From positions 1,524 through 65,523 of the forward strand of contig CAMTUB010000008.1 in assembly GCA_947084835.1 (NCBI GenBank): a stretch of DNA of 64,000 nucleotides, in the 5' to 3' direction. Of the stretch, positions 1 to 10,157 are shown one piece after another. The DNA is from an uncultured Bacteroidota bacterium (GTDB lineage: Bacteria > Bacteroidota > Bacteroidia > UBA7662 > CAMTUB01). Position 1 is the stretch's first letter; each line of letters opens with the position of its first letter. A model generated the notes under the pieces. The model was not told the DNA's origin, did no database searches, and worked only from the letters and a program-made list of their open reading frames with translations. The position numbers were made by a program, and so were the translations under genes.

Positions 1-437
1 CGCCATTGGAACATGTAGGTAAAGCCTGTTAATGCTCCGGTATCTACACCAATTACCGAATTGCACACCAAATGGTCTGAAATGCGCGATAATTCCATGA
101 TGATAACACGCATATATTCGGCTCTTTTCGGAATTTCAACTCCTAAAAGCTTTTCAACTGTCATGTGCCATCCCATATTATTAATAGGAGATGAACAGTA
201 GTTTAACCTGTCGGTTAGCGGTGTTATTTGGTAAAACGGTCTGTGTTCTGCAATTTTTTCGAATGCACGGTGAATGTATCCAATCGTTGACTCTGCTTCA
301 ATGATTATTTCGCCATCCATTTTAAGCACATTCTGAAAAATACCGTGGGTTGCTGGATGTGTTGGCCCAAGGTTTAATATATTGTATTCCTTTTCAGCAG
401 TAGGTTTAGGAAATGCGTTGCTTAGTAATTCGTCCAT
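1..437 (-). CDS. nuoD: NADH-quinone oxidoreductase subunit D, N-terminal part; the gene runs off the left edge
   Basis: Own translation from ATG (complement of 435-437): MDELLSNAFPKPTAEKEYNILNLGPTHPATHGIFQNVLKMDGEIII. GPxHPxxHG is a NuoD signature. Starts 5 nt after the nuoC stop. Absent from the ORF track because it is truncated. Confidence 0.85.
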   Translation of the reverse strand, partial: MDELLSNAFPKPTAEKEYNILNLGPTHPATHGIFQNVLKMDGEIIIEAESTIGYIHRAFEKIAEHRPFYQITPLTDRLNYCSSPINNMGWHMTVEKLLGVEIPKRAEYMRVIIMELSRISDHLVCNSVIGVDTGALTGFTYMFQW

Positions 438-442
438 ACTTT

Positions 443-955
443 TTACCTACCGAAATAACGGTCATCTTTATCGGTTCTTGTTGCGTCTTCTAACGGATAT
501 TCTTTTCTCATCGGAAAATAATCCATATCATCTACATTCAAAATGCGTTTTAGGTTTGGATGCCCCTCGAACAGAATTCCATAAAAGTCAAATGTTTCTC
601 TTTCCATCCAATTGGCAGCGTTATAAACCGTTGTCATGGTATTTATGGTTGGATTAGCAACAGGGATGAATGCTTTCATGCGCATTCTGAAATTGTTTTC
701 AAAACTATGAAAGTGATAAACCACGCCTAATTCTTTGCCGGCATTATTTGGAAAATGTACTCCGCACAAATCGGTTAAAAACGTTACCTTCAGCTCTGGG
801 TGTTCAAACAACCAAGTAGCAATTTCGGTGTTTTTTGCCGGATTTATTTCGAATGATAACATGCCGTAGCTTTCCTCAGCGGCAAGAATTGCATCGCCAA
901 ATTGGGCTTGTAATGCTTCTAATACGTATTTATTTTCAAGCATACCTTTATTCAA
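443..955 (-). CDS. nuoC: NADH-quinone oxidoreductase subunit C
   Basis: 170 aa; NuoC-like WMERETFDFYGILFEGHP motif; lies between nuoB and nuoD. Confidence 0.9.
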   Translation of the reverse strand: MNKGMLENKYVLEALQAQFGDAILAAEESYGMLSFEINPAKNTEIATWLFEHPELKVTFLTDLCGVHFPNNAGKELGVVYHFHSFENNFRMRMKAFIPVANPTINTMTTVYNAANWMERETFDFYGILFEGHPNLKRILNVDDMDYFPMRKEYPLEDATRTDKDDRYFGR

Positions 956-1496
956 TTCCGTAAGAAGCCATTAAGTCTTTGTATTCATCAGAGTTACGCC
1001 TACGTAACGATTCGCTTTTAACAAGCTCTTGTATTTTCACAATCCCATCTATAATCTGCTCTGGTCTAGGAGGGCAACCTGGAACATAAACATCTACCGG
1101 AATTACTTTATCTATTCCTTGCAAAACGCTATACGTATCAAAAATACCGCCTGAGCAAGCACAAGCGCCTACCGATAATACCCAACGAGGTTCAGCCATT
1201 TGCAGATACACTTTTTTGAGTATTGGAGCCATTTTTTTAGAAATAGTGCCCATAACCATCAACAAATCAGCCTGACGAGGTGAAAAACTCAACCGCTCCG
1301 AGCCAAATCTTGCTAAATCGTAATCCGATGCCATGGTAGCCATAAATTCAATTCCGCAACATGAAGTGGCAAAAGGAAGAGGCCATATTGAATTTGCGCG
1401 CGCCAAACCCACCACTTTTTCTAACGAAGTAGCAAAAAAGCCTTCGCCTTTAAGCCCTTCGGGTTCTTCAGCTATATTTACTTTAGATTCTTTCAT
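948..1496 (-). CDS. nuoB: NADH-quinone oxidoreductase subunit B
   Basis: 182 aa; CCGIEFMA and GxCAxxGG...PGCPP N2-cluster cysteine motifs. Confidence 0.93.
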   Translation of the reverse strand: MKESKVNIAEEPEGLKGEGFFATSLEKVVGLARANSIWPLPFATSCCGIEFMATMASDYDLARFGSERLSFSPRQADLLMVMGTISKKMAPILKKVYLQMAEPRWVLSVGACACSGGIFDTYSVLQGIDKVIPVDVYVPGCPPRPEQIIDGIVKIQELVKSESLRRRNSDEYKDLMASYGIE

Positions 1497-1508
1497 AATT
1501 AATAAGGA

Positions 1509-1871
1509 TTACTCCCATTTAAACGCGCCTTTTTTGTATACGTAAAACAATCCTAATATGAAGGGCGCTAGAAAAATTAACATTTTAACAAATCCTTGAG
1601 TTCCAAGTGCATCGAAATTGACTGCCCATGGATACATAAATATAATCTCAACATCAAACAAAACAAAAAGTATTGCTGTTAAGAAATATTTAATTGAAAA
1701 AGGAGTTCTAGCGTTTCCTTGTGCTTCAACTCCGCACTCAAAACTCTCCAGTTTATCGTCAGTTTTTCGCGATGGCCCAATTAAATGGGTAATTGCCATA
1801 GTGCCCATTACGAAACCAATTGCAACTAAGAATTGCAAAAAGATTCCTATGTATTCGCCTGATGTAACCAT
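1509..1871 (-). CDS. nuoA: NADH-quinone oxidoreductase subunit A
   Basis: Three-TM small protein directly upstream of nuoB. The ORF track extends to 1916 through a TTG codon; the ATG at 1871 gives the usual length of about 120 aa. Confidence 0.8.
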   Translation of the reverse strand: MVTSGEYIGIFLQFLVAIGFVMGTMAITHLIGPSRKTDDKLESFECGVEAQGNARTPFSIKYFLTAILFVLFDVEIIFMYPWAVNFDALGTQGFVKMLIFLAPFILGLFYVYKKGAFKWE

Positions 1872-1955
1872 AATAATTTGCGCAAAATTATACAGAAAAA
1901 ATTGGTAAACGTGCAAAAATTCTATGATGTTCGTTTACTCAATTCTTGGGGTTTA

Positions 1956-2819
1956 TTACTTTGGAATAATTACATATTTATACGCAATGCCGTAGGCAGA
2001 AAAAGAGCCTGTTGCGCCTTTAATATTCGATTGCAATTTTAGCGGAGTTGCATACGGACCACCGTTGCCTTGAGCCGAAGAAAACGATTGCCAAAAGTTG
2101 TAAAGCGGCCTATCTAAACTTGCCATATAGTAGTGTAAAGTGTCGCTTTTTTCAAGCTTAACTCTCAATTGCCTGTCTCTATAAATACCATTAATCAATT
2201 CATCCGAAAACGTAAAATCCTGATTATCTGGAACTCCCCATAGGCTCGGTATGCTGTCGTTATTAATTCGGTAAATGATACGGTAATTGTTTCCTCTTTC
2301 TGGTGGATCATTATGATGAGCTACTCCGTTGTAACCTATTGATTTCCCATCAACATCAAACACTTCTTTGTAGGTTAAACTATCTAACAATGGCGCTGAT
2401 AATAATTCTGAATATCCAACTACGTTTTCGGTTGGAGTAGTTACTTGAAGTCGGTAAATTTTCCCGACAAATGCTTTAAAACCGTCTGCTACATATACTC
2501 CCGGCACTTTTGCTTTTAATACTTTTACAAACGACTCTTTAAATTGAACGGGTGTTTCCCAAATAGTATCGCTCCCGCTTTTCACTCCTTCTGTTATAAA
2601 AACCTGCGCATTAGAAACGGGTTGGATGTTTAAACCGGGATCAAAATATTTTACTACACGAGATAATATCACATAGTTCAAATCTGGAGACCACTGGTTT
2701 ACGGTTCCTTCAACTACCAAGGTATTGTCTACATCTGGCAAGGTTATAGGGAAATCTTTTTCGCATGAGGTACTTCCGTATAGTAAAGCAACGATGCTTA
2801 TGTATTTAAAAATCTGCAT
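1956..2819 (-). CDS. DUF4249-like lipoprotein, partner of the upstream TonB-dependent receptor
   Basis: Lipoprotein signal (LLYGSTSC). Sits 3 nt downstream of a CarboxypepD_reg-type TonB receptor, a recurrent Bacteroidota gene pair. Confidence 0.55.
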   Translation of the reverse strand: MQIFKYISIVALLYGSTSCEKDFPITLPDVDNTLVVEGTVNQWSPDLNYVILSRVVKYFDPGLNIQPVSNAQVFITEGVKSGSDTIWETPVQFKESFVKVLKAKVPGVYVADGFKAFVGKIYRLQVTTPTENVVGYSELLSAPLLDSLTYKEVFDVDGKSIGYNGVAHHNDPPERGNNYRIIYRINNDSIPSLWGVPDNQDFTFSDELINGIYRDRQLRVKLEKSDTLHYYMASLDRPLYNFWQSFSSAQGNGGPYATPLKLQSNIKGATGSFSAYGIAYKYVIIPK

Positions 2820-2822
2820 GGA

Positions 2823-5210
2823 TTAAAATTTAAAACTCCAGGTTACTGATGGCAAAATTGGAAACAAGTACACCATTCGCGATGAAACTTTACCGGTTTC
2901 TAAACTTGTATCGAAATAAATAAAATATGGATTGGCTCTGTTGTATATATTGTACACTGAAAAATTCCAGGTAGAAGTCCATTTATCGGTTTTCTTTTGG
3001 ATGTAGTTCAAAGAAATGTCTGCACGATGATACGCAGGCATTCGCAGCGTATTTATTTTGTCGTAATAATCAATTACAGAAAATACGGGTTCGTTTTTGG
3101 TTTGATTAGCCCCAATAAAATAGGCAAACCTGCCGGTAGGTAATGTAAATGCATTACCTGTTCCGTAAACAAACACAAAGTTGAACTTCCATTTGGCATT
3201 AATGTCGTGCATAAGCACTAAAGAAATATCGTGCCTTCTGTCGTAACGGTAATAGAACGATTGCCCATAATTTAATTGGTCAAAAGTACGTGTGGTTTTA
3301 CTCCAAGTGTAGCCAATCCAACCGGTGGTTTTGCCTTCATTTTTACGGAGTAAAAACTCGGCACCATAGGAGAGTCCTTTGCCTAAAATAACATCGCGTT
3401 CGATGTTTTGATTCAGAAACACTTGCGCTCCAGGCCTAAGCTCAACCTGATTATTCATGGGTTTATAATATAATTCAGAAGATGCTTCCCAATGCTGTTT
3501 ATTGAAATTTTTGAAATAACCTAAGGTATATTGATTCGAATTTTGTGGCTTTACTAACTGCGAGCTTGGAATCCATAAATCAGTAGGCAATGTTGCGCTT
3601 GAGCTTGAAGCTAAATGCAAAAACTGATTGGTTCGAGAGTAGGCCGCTTTTAAGCTTGAGCTTGGCGTTAGCGTATACCTCATGTTAATTCTTGGCTCAA
3701 GAACAGGATACATAACAATCGATTTCCCTGATTTAAAATAAGTTGTGCTGTCGGTTCTCTCGTTAAACTCGTTGTAGTAAACTTTATTGTAGGGTCCAAC
3801 CTGGTTAAAAAGAGTTGCTCTTAAACCGGTTTCAAACAAAAACCGTTCGCCTAAACTCCATTCTGCAGAACCATAAATGCTAGACTCGTGCGCGTATTGC
3901 TTGGGTGCTCCACCAATTACTGGAATTGAGTTGAAACTTGCAGCAAATTCGCCCGGTCGGAAAGTATGGTAAATGTGCTGAAATCCTGTTCTAACAATAA
4001 TATTATCAGCTACATATAAGGTATGATCTGATTTTAGAGTAAAATCCCTAATTCCAGAGCCAGAAGTAATATTTACACTTCCAAACTTGGCATTTGTTTC
4101 GAATCTGAAATCTGAAAACAAGAAACTGGTATTGCTAAACCAACGCGAGTTAAAAATATGGTTCCAACGCAATCCTGCTGTAGCATTTCCCCATTTTACT
4201 CCAAAAGTAAAATCAGAACCGGAGGTGCTTTTAAACGAAAATTCATCGCGACCAAAGTAACTCGAGAAAAACAAACGATCGTTTTTCCCTAATATCCAAT
4301 TTGCTTTGACGTTTAAATCGTAAAAATTATATCCATTTCCTTTGGCTTTTGATGGCAAAAAAGGCTGTGCTAATACATCTATATACGTTCTACGAGCAGC
4401 TACCATATACGATGCAACGTCTTTTTTAATTGGCCCTTCTAGCTGCAATTTGCTGGAAATTAATCCAATTCCGCCACTTCCCGAAAACTTTTTGAGGTTC
4501 CCTTCGCGTTGGGTAACATCTATGATAGAAGAGAGCCTTCCGCCATATTTTGCAGGCATTCCTCCGCCTTTAATAACCTCGATATTTCCGACAGCCTCTG
4601 CATTAAATACAGAGAAAAATCCTAATAAGTGCATCGGATTATAGAGCACGGCTTCATCTAGCAAAACTAAGTTTTGGTCTGGGCCGCCTCCCCGAACATA
4701 TAGGCCGCTATTTCCTTCTCCGCCCGATTTTATGCCGGGAAGCAAGGTTAACGTTTTTAAAATATCGGGTTCACCTAAAACTGCTGGAAGCGCTTTAACA
4801 ATGGCTGGTGATAACTCTATTTTGCCAATTTCTACCGACTGAACTTTTTCGTTTATCCGTTCAGCTACAATTTCTACCTCTTTTATTTGAATAGATAATG
4901 GCGCTAATACTAGATCAATGACCAAATCAGACCTCAAATCAATTTCTTTTTCAACCGAATTAAAGCCTACAAACGACCATTTGATACGGTGTTTGCCTGC
5001 GGGTAATCTAAAAGAGTAATACCCATACACATTGGCACGAACGCCTTTGGTAGTTCCAACTTTTACAACCGTTGCGCCAACAAGGGTTTCGCCCGAGGTT
5101 GAATCGGACAAAGTGCCACTAATGGTATAGGATTGACCCAGACTTAGAAATGGGATGCAAAAAAGAAAAAGGAGGATGACTAGGGTAAGCTTTGTTTTGT
5201 GATTTTGCAT
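2823..5210 (-). CDS. TonB-dependent outer-membrane receptor with an N-terminal carboxypeptidase-regulatory-like domain
   Basis: 795 aa; signal peptide; plug-domain motifs (GEPDILKTLTLLPG, GLYVRGGGPDQNLVLLDE); C-terminal beta-barrel ending in F. Confidence 0.85.
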   Translation of the reverse strand: MQNHKTKLTLVILLFLFCIPFLSLGQSYTISGTLSDSTSGETLVGATVVKVGTTKGVRANVYGYYSFRLPAGKHRIKWSFVGFNSVEKEIDLRSDLVIDLVLAPLSIQIKEVEIVAERINEKVQSVEIGKIELSPAIVKALPAVLGEPDILKTLTLLPGIKSGGEGNSGLYVRGGGPDQNLVLLDEAVLYNPMHLLGFFSVFNAEAVGNIEVIKGGGMPAKYGGRLSSIIDVTQREGNLKKFSGSGGIGLISSKLQLEGPIKKDVASYMVAARRTYIDVLAQPFLPSKAKGNGYNFYDLNVKANWILGKNDRLFFSSYFGRDEFSFKSTSGSDFTFGVKWGNATAGLRWNHIFNSRWFSNTSFLFSDFRFETNAKFGSVNITSGSGIRDFTLKSDHTLYVADNIIVRTGFQHIYHTFRPGEFAASFNSIPVIGGAPKQYAHESSIYGSAEWSLGERFLFETGLRATLFNQVGPYNKVYYNEFNERTDSTTYFKSGKSIVMYPVLEPRINMRYTLTPSSSLKAAYSRTNQFLHLASSSSATLPTDLWIPSSQLVKPQNSNQYTLGYFKNFNKQHWEASSELYYKPMNNQVELRPGAQVFLNQNIERDVILGKGLSYGAEFLLRKNEGKTTGWIGYTWSKTTRTFDQLNYGQSFYYRYDRRHDISLVLMHDINAKWKFNFVFVYGTGNAFTLPTGRFAYFIGANQTKNEPVFSVIDYYDKINTLRMPAYHRADISLNYIQKKTDKWTSTWNFSVYNIYNRANPYFIYFDTSLETGKVSSRMVYLFPILPSVTWSFKF

Positions 5211-5214
5211 GAAG

Positions 5215-6201
5215 TTAAATAACTCCCAAAATTACTTTACCCGTTTGTTTTTGCGAATCAATATATGTAAAAGCTTCGTTAATTTTATCTAAAGGGAAAA
5301 TTTGACTTACGTGTGGAATAATTTTTTTATCGGTTACTAATTTAAGCATGGCATCAAAATCCGTTGAGCTGCCCATTGTACTTCCTAATATTTTTATTTG
5401 TTTCCAAAAAAGTTTCTGTGGGTTAATTTCTATGTTGCCCAATGTACCGCCATATATTGCAATTCGGCAACCAAATGCTGCAATATCTAAGAAGTGTTTA
5501 AATTCTGGACCGCCAGCTGAATCAATTATTACATCGAACGATACCGTTGCAGATTTTTTCCAATCTTGAATTGTATAATTAAACCCGCCTTTTGCGCCCA
5601 TTTGGATAGCTTCAGCTATTTTATGGTCTGAACTAGACGTAACCCAAACTTCTGCACCAATTGCTAAGGCAAACTGAAATGCAAAAAAGGCAACCCCGCC
5701 ACCCATTCCAGAAATCAATACTTTTTCTCCTGATTTCAATTCTGCTTTTGATATTAAAGCCCGATACGCAGTTAAACCTGCAAGAGGAAGTGCTGCGGCT
5801 TCAGAATCGGTAAGAAAATCAGGGGCTTGATAAACATTTTCGATAGGAATGCTAAGATATTCTGCAAAAGTACCCGAAGTGGGCAATCCCAAAATGTGGT
5901 AAGCTTTACTTTGATGCGTTTCGCTATCTCCCCATAAAAAACCGGGCTGTATGATTACTCGCTTTCCAATCCAATGATTGTTTGAGTCATCAAATGCTTT
6001 TTCAATAACACCGCATCCATCAGAACCTAAAATAATTGGGCATTTAATGCCTGCATATTGTCCTTTTTGAATCCACAAATCGCGGTGATTGATAGATGCA
6101 GCACTTATTTTTATTAGAACATTACCAGCAGATAAAACTGGCATATCAACTTCTACAATTTGAATCGGTTCATTTATTTCAGTTAAAACAGCTGCTTTCA
6201 T
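5215..6201 (-). CDS. Medium-chain (zinc-type) alcohol dehydrogenase or quinone oxidoreductase family protein
   Basis: 328 aa; GroES-like N-terminal domain plus Rossmann GxGGxV motif (ISGMGGGVAFFA). Confidence 0.75.
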   Translation of the reverse strand: MKAAVLTEINEPIQIVEVDMPVLSAGNVLIKISAASINHRDLWIQKGQYAGIKCPIILGSDGCGVIEKAFDDSNNHWIGKRVIIQPGFLWGDSETHQSKAYHILGLPTSGTFAEYLSIPIENVYQAPDFLTDSEAAALPLAGLTAYRALISKAELKSGEKVLISGMGGGVAFFAFQFALAIGAEVWVTSSSDHKIAEAIQMGAKGGFNYTIQDWKKSATVSFDVIIDSAGGPEFKHFLDIAAFGCRIAIYGGTLGNIEINPQKLFWKQIKILGSTMGSSTDFDAMLKLVTDKKIIPHVSQIFPLDKINEAFTYIDSQKQTGKVILGVI

Positions 6202-6204
6202 GTA

Positions 6205-6789
6205 TTATTTTGGACTAACCCACCAAGCGTCTAACCCTTGCTGCGGCCGTTTTTCTAACATTTTCGAAATCAAATCAGAAATACTATCAGATACAACCAT
6301 TAACGACCGGTTTTGGGGATGTAAAAATCCTTCTTCTACCATCCTATCTAGTTGCTGCAACATCGGATCCCAAAATCCGCGTACGTTTAACAAACCGATT
6401 GGCTTATTGTGTAGCATTAATTGTTTCCAAGTAAGCATTTCGTAAAGTTCTTCTAGCGTTCCAAGTCCACCCGGAAGTGCAATAAAGCCCTCAGACAGCT
6501 GTGCCATTTTATCTTTGCGTTCGTGCATATTCTGAACCACAATTAGTTCCGAAACAGAGTTGTGACCAACCTCTTTCTCGATTAAAAACTGCGGACAAAT
6601 CCCTGTTACTTTTCCATTCGCCTCTAAACAAGCATCGGCTAATTTGCCCATTAGGCCAATACTGCCACCACCGTAAACTAAATGAATGTTGTTATTTGCA
6701 AAAAACTGCCCAGTTTCTATGGAAGCATCCGTGTATTCTGGGTAAAAGCCTCTATTTGCTCCGCAGTAAACAGCTAAAGATGAAAACAT
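6205..6789 (-). CDS. LOG family (TIGR00730) cytokinin riboside 5-prime-monophosphate phosphoribohydrolase-like protein
   Basis: 194 aa; PGGxGTxxE motif (ALPGGLGTLEEL) and GGGSIGLMG. Confidence 0.85.
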   Translation of the reverse strand: MFSSLAVYCGANRGFYPEYTDASIETGQFFANNNIHLVYGGGSIGLMGKLADACLEANGKVTGICPQFLIEKEVGHNSVSELIVVQNMHERKDKMAQLSEGFIALPGGLGTLEELYEMLTWKQLMLHNKPIGLLNVRGFWDPMLQQLDRMVEEGFLHPQNRSLMVVSDSISDLISKMLEKRPQQGLDAWWVSPK

Positions 6790-6798
6790 GTTTGTTAA

Positions 6799-7446
6799 TT
6801 AAAATGTTGCGATAACGGTTTCGCCTCCGCGTACTTTCTGCTCAAGGTTAACGTTAATTTTTGTTCCTACAGGCAAATAAATATCTATTCGAGAACCGAA
6901 TTTTATAAAACCGTACTCCTCGCCTTGCTTTACTTGATCGCCTGCTTTCACATAACATACAATTCTGCGTGCTAATGCTCCGGCAATTTGACGGTATAAC
7001 ACGGGAATACCCGCTTCGTTTTCTACAACAACAGATGTTCTTTCGTTTAACGTTGATGATTTTGGATGCCAAGCTACCAAATAAGCGCCCGGATGATATT
7101 TATAGTAAAGCACTTTGCCCGTAACTGGATTCCGATTTACATGCACGTTAATAGGCGACATAAAAATTGATACTTGAAGTCTTTTGCCTTTAAAATATTC
7201 GGGCTCTTCAACATCTTCAATAATTACCACTTTACCATCTGCTGGTGCTATAACATGCGATGGATTAACAACCGTATGCCTGCTCGGGTTTCTGAAAAAC
7301 TGTAATATCAGTACTAAAATGACTACACAAAGGGTGTATATGAAATATTGCAAGCCTTTTGGAGCATATGTATGTCCTAACCAAGCTAAAACTGCAACGA
7401 TAACTAGTGTAGTTGCAATAATGGTATATCCTTCTCTATGAAACAT
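6799..7446 (-). CDS. psd: Phosphatidylserine decarboxylase family protein (short type)
   Basis: N-terminal TM helices, a conserved decarboxylase core and FGSR near the C-terminus. The ATG at 7446 is preferred over the ORF-track start at 7470. Confidence 0.8.
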   Translation of the reverse strand: MFHREGYTIIATTLVIVAVLAWLGHTYAPKGLQYFIYTLCVVILVLILQFFRNPSRHTVVNPSHVIAPADGKVVIIEDVEEPEYFKGKRLQVSIFMSPINVHVNRNPVTGKVLYYKYHPGAYLVAWHPKSSTLNERTSVVVENEAGIPVLYRQIAGALARRIVCYVKAGDQVKQGEEYGFIKFGSRIDIYLPVGTKINVNLEQKVRGGETVIATF

Positions 7447-7504
7447 GGCAAATTTTATGCAAAGGTGCATATTTTAGCTCAAATTGCAGCACTTTTTAGT
7501 GCTG

Positions 7505-8734
7505 CTACTTTAAGCGAATAGTTAAAAGTGTTACATCATCGGTAAATGGCATGTTTCCTCTGAACTCGTTAAGGGTTTGTAAAAGCCTTGTATTTATGTC
7601 GTCAATTGGCTTGTCGAAGTTTTCCTTTATGCTTTTTACGAGCAATTCAATGGTAAAAAAATCGTTTTTATAGTTCTCTAGTTCGGTAATTCCATCGGTA
7701 AACACAGAAAGAACATCTTTCTTTAAAAAAGTAACTTTTTCTTCGTTTATAAAAGGCAGTTCATCAAATGCACCTAACATTGTTGTTCCCTTTTTTAGTG
7801 CACTACATTTCTCTTTATTTACAATTACCAAAGGCTGATGCCCACAATTTATGTAGGATAGAGATTGCTCATTGCAGTTAATTTTACCTAAAAACAAGGT
7901 TATAAAACGATCTCCTTTGGTCAGCTCAAACATACTTTTGTTTAGCTCAGTAACGATGTGCTTTAAATCGCGAGAAACTTTTACTAATGCGCGCATGTGT
8001 GCTTGAAAGTTCGACATTAATAAAGCAGCTGGAATTCCTTTTCCGGATACATCTGCAACGCAGAAAATAAACTCGCATTCAGAAATCTTTACGCAATCGT
8101 AATAATCGCCACCGATATTATTGTTGGGCACATATATAGCTGCCATTTCAATTTTATCGGTACTTGGGAGTGTTTCAGGAATTAACATTCCTTGGATTTG
8201 AGCGGCAACACTCAGTTCTTTCTTAAATAACTCTTGCTTTACCTGATTTTTAAAAAGCTTTTTGTTTTCGCTAGCAACAGCAACAATATTTGTGATTACT
8301 TGTATATAGTCTATAATTTCCTTTTTATACGTCTCGCTTTCAGAGTCAATTGCACTCATTAACAAATAGGCAAAAGGCTCTCTTTTATGAAAAACAGGAA
8401 TTACGGTTTGCAAATCAGGAAACATTTTGCTTAAACTGATATCAATTTTTGAAGGCCTTATAACCTCCGTAAATATTTTTGAAGGATCCACTTCTGCAAA
8501 AAAAGCAGTTCTATGATTTTGCGCTATGGTCCAATTCTTATCGTCTTTTAAAAAGAAAATAAATTGGTTGATATTTAGCTTTTCAGAAAGAATGTACGAG
8601 TAAATCGTTATTAGGCTATTATTCGAAAAATTATTATTGATAGATGAGGTTAAATCGAATAGTAACTCAAGCTTTAAGCTTTTCAATTCTAATTCGGTAA
8701 GTTGTTTTGAATCTATTTTGCTGATTGATTTCAA
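7505..8734 (-). CDS. PP2C/SpoIIE-family serine phosphatase with an N-terminal sensor (GAF-like) region
   Basis: 409 aa; GGDYYD and CVADVSGKGIPAALLM motifs typical of RsbU/SpoIIE phosphatases. Confidence 0.8.
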   Translation of the reverse strand: MKSISKIDSKQLTELELKSLKLELLFDLTSSINNNFSNNSLITIYSYILSEKLNINQFIFFLKDDKNWTIAQNHRTAFFAEVDPSKIFTEVIRPSKIDISLSKMFPDLQTVIPVFHKREPFAYLLMSAIDSESETYKKEIIDYIQVITNIVAVASENKKLFKNQVKQELFKKELSVAAQIQGMLIPETLPSTDKIEMAAIYVPNNNIGGDYYDCVKISECEFIFCVADVSGKGIPAALLMSNFQAHMRALVKVSRDLKHIVTELNKSMFELTKGDRFITLFLGKINCNEQSLSYINCGHQPLVIVNKEKCSALKKGTTMLGAFDELPFINEEKVTFLKKDVLSVFTDGITELENYKNDFFTIELLVKSIKENFDKPIDDINTRLLQTLNEFRGNMPFTDDVTLLTIRLK

Positions 8735-8810
8735 TGTTGTATGAATTATAAAACTAAAGATAACAATTAGCTTAGACTAACTGGGTTTATGGAAGTTATT
8801 TTAGAATGAT

Positions 8811-9860
8811 TTACCGTCTTTTTACAATATCGCTTAAGGTTAATCCAATGATATTAAATGCAAGCACTAAAAGCATAATTAAAACACCCGGATACAATGC
8901 CAAATGCGGTTTCCCAGCTATTAAAAATTGATAATTTTCGCGAATCATAATTCCTAATGTGGGTATGGGCGGTGCAACCCCTAAGCCTAAAAAGCTTAAT
9001 CCAGATTCTACCAATATGGCCGATGCAAAGTTTGAAGCAGCAACAATGCTTAATGGCGCAATGCAATTGGGCAAAATATGCTTCAGCATTATTCGGGTGT
9101 CGCTAAAACCAAGAGCAACAGCAGCCTCCACAAATTCTTTCTCCCTGATTTTCAACACTTCGCCTCTTACCATTCGGGCAACATCAACCCACATTGTTAA
9201 TCCAACTGCTAAAAAAATCTGACTAACTCCTTTTCCCAGCGCAAGGCTTATGGCAATTACAAGCAGCAACGATGGTATCGACCAAGTTACATTTACAGCA
9301 TACATGATTATAGCATCTGCTTTACCCCGAAAATACCCAGCAATTAACCCTAAAAAAGTGCCCACTAAAACGCTGATAATTACCGCACCAAACCCAACAC
9401 CAAGAGTAATTCTTAGTCCAATAATCAGGCGCGATAAAACATCACGGCCAAAAGTATCGGCTCCAAGCCAAAATGTAAACGATTTAATTTCGGTTTTATC
9501 TGCTAAAACTGCATCAAATTTTTGGTGATATCCACTTAAACTATTGTCAATAGACCGATAGTAAAGCGAGTCTTTTACTAAAAAAAATGAATCAACTGCT
9601 ATTTGAATTCGGTTTTTTTCGTTGCCATGATACCATTTCAACAAATCAAATGCTTCGTTTTTTTCAGCATTAACCTCAACCAGCTGAATGGTTGTACCTG
9701 GAGATGCGGCCGACTGACTGATAAACTGTGTGGCAGCGTAGGGCGCATCATCTGGAGTAATTCCATAACCAATAACGGCTAAAAGAATCATACAAGAAAT
9801 GAAAATTAGAGCGATAGCACCCACCGCATTTTTGCGTGCCAGCTTAATCAACTCACCCAT
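8811..9860 (-). CDS. ABC transporter permease, OppC/DppC-like
   Basis: 349 aa, six TM helices. EAA-loop EAAVALGFSDTRIMLKHILPN. No ATPase or binding-protein gene nearby. Confidence 0.8.
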   Translation of the reverse strand: MGELIKLARKNAVGAIALIFISCMILLAVIGYGITPDDAPYAATQFISQSAASPGTTIQLVEVNAEKNEAFDLLKWYHGNEKNRIQIAVDSFFLVKDSLYYRSIDNSLSGYHQKFDAVLADKTEIKSFTFWLGADTFGRDVLSRLIIGLRITLGVGFGAVIISVLVGTFLGLIAGYFRGKADAIIMYAVNVTWSIPSLLLVIAISLALGKGVSQIFLAVGLTMWVDVARMVRGEVLKIREKEFVEAAVALGFSDTRIMLKHILPNCIAPLSIVAASNFASAILVESGLSFLGLGVAPPIPTLGIMIRENYQFLIAGKPHLALYPGVLIMLLVLAFNIIGLTLSDIVKRR

Positions 9861-10121
9861 TTAATACGAATTGTGTGCAAAAAGCCCGGTTTTTGTACAT
9901 AAATAAGCGTGCTTTTCAATTTCTTCGATATTGGGCGTTTCGTATTTCAAAAAATCAATGCCGTTAAATTGCAACTGAACAACATAGCCTTTTTCCATCA
10001 AATCGCATAAGGTAGACTTAAGTTTAGGGGCCAATTCGGGAACTAAATCAACTAATTTCGAGTATGGGATTACGAAGTAAAGTTCGTCCATAACACAATA
10101 TTCGCGTTCAGAGAGGTTCAT
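9861..10121 (-). CDS. Hypothetical small protein
   Basis: 86-aa ORF abutting the permease start (stop at 9861, permease start at 9860). No recognisable motif. Confidence 0.45.
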   Translation of the reverse strand: MNLSEREYCVMDELYFVIPYSKLVDLVPELAPKLKSTLCDLMEKGYVVQLQFNGIDFLKYETPNIEEIEKHAYLCTKTGLFAHNSY

Positions 10122-10157
10122 TATGATAAATTAACAGTTGATAATCGGTTCAAATTT

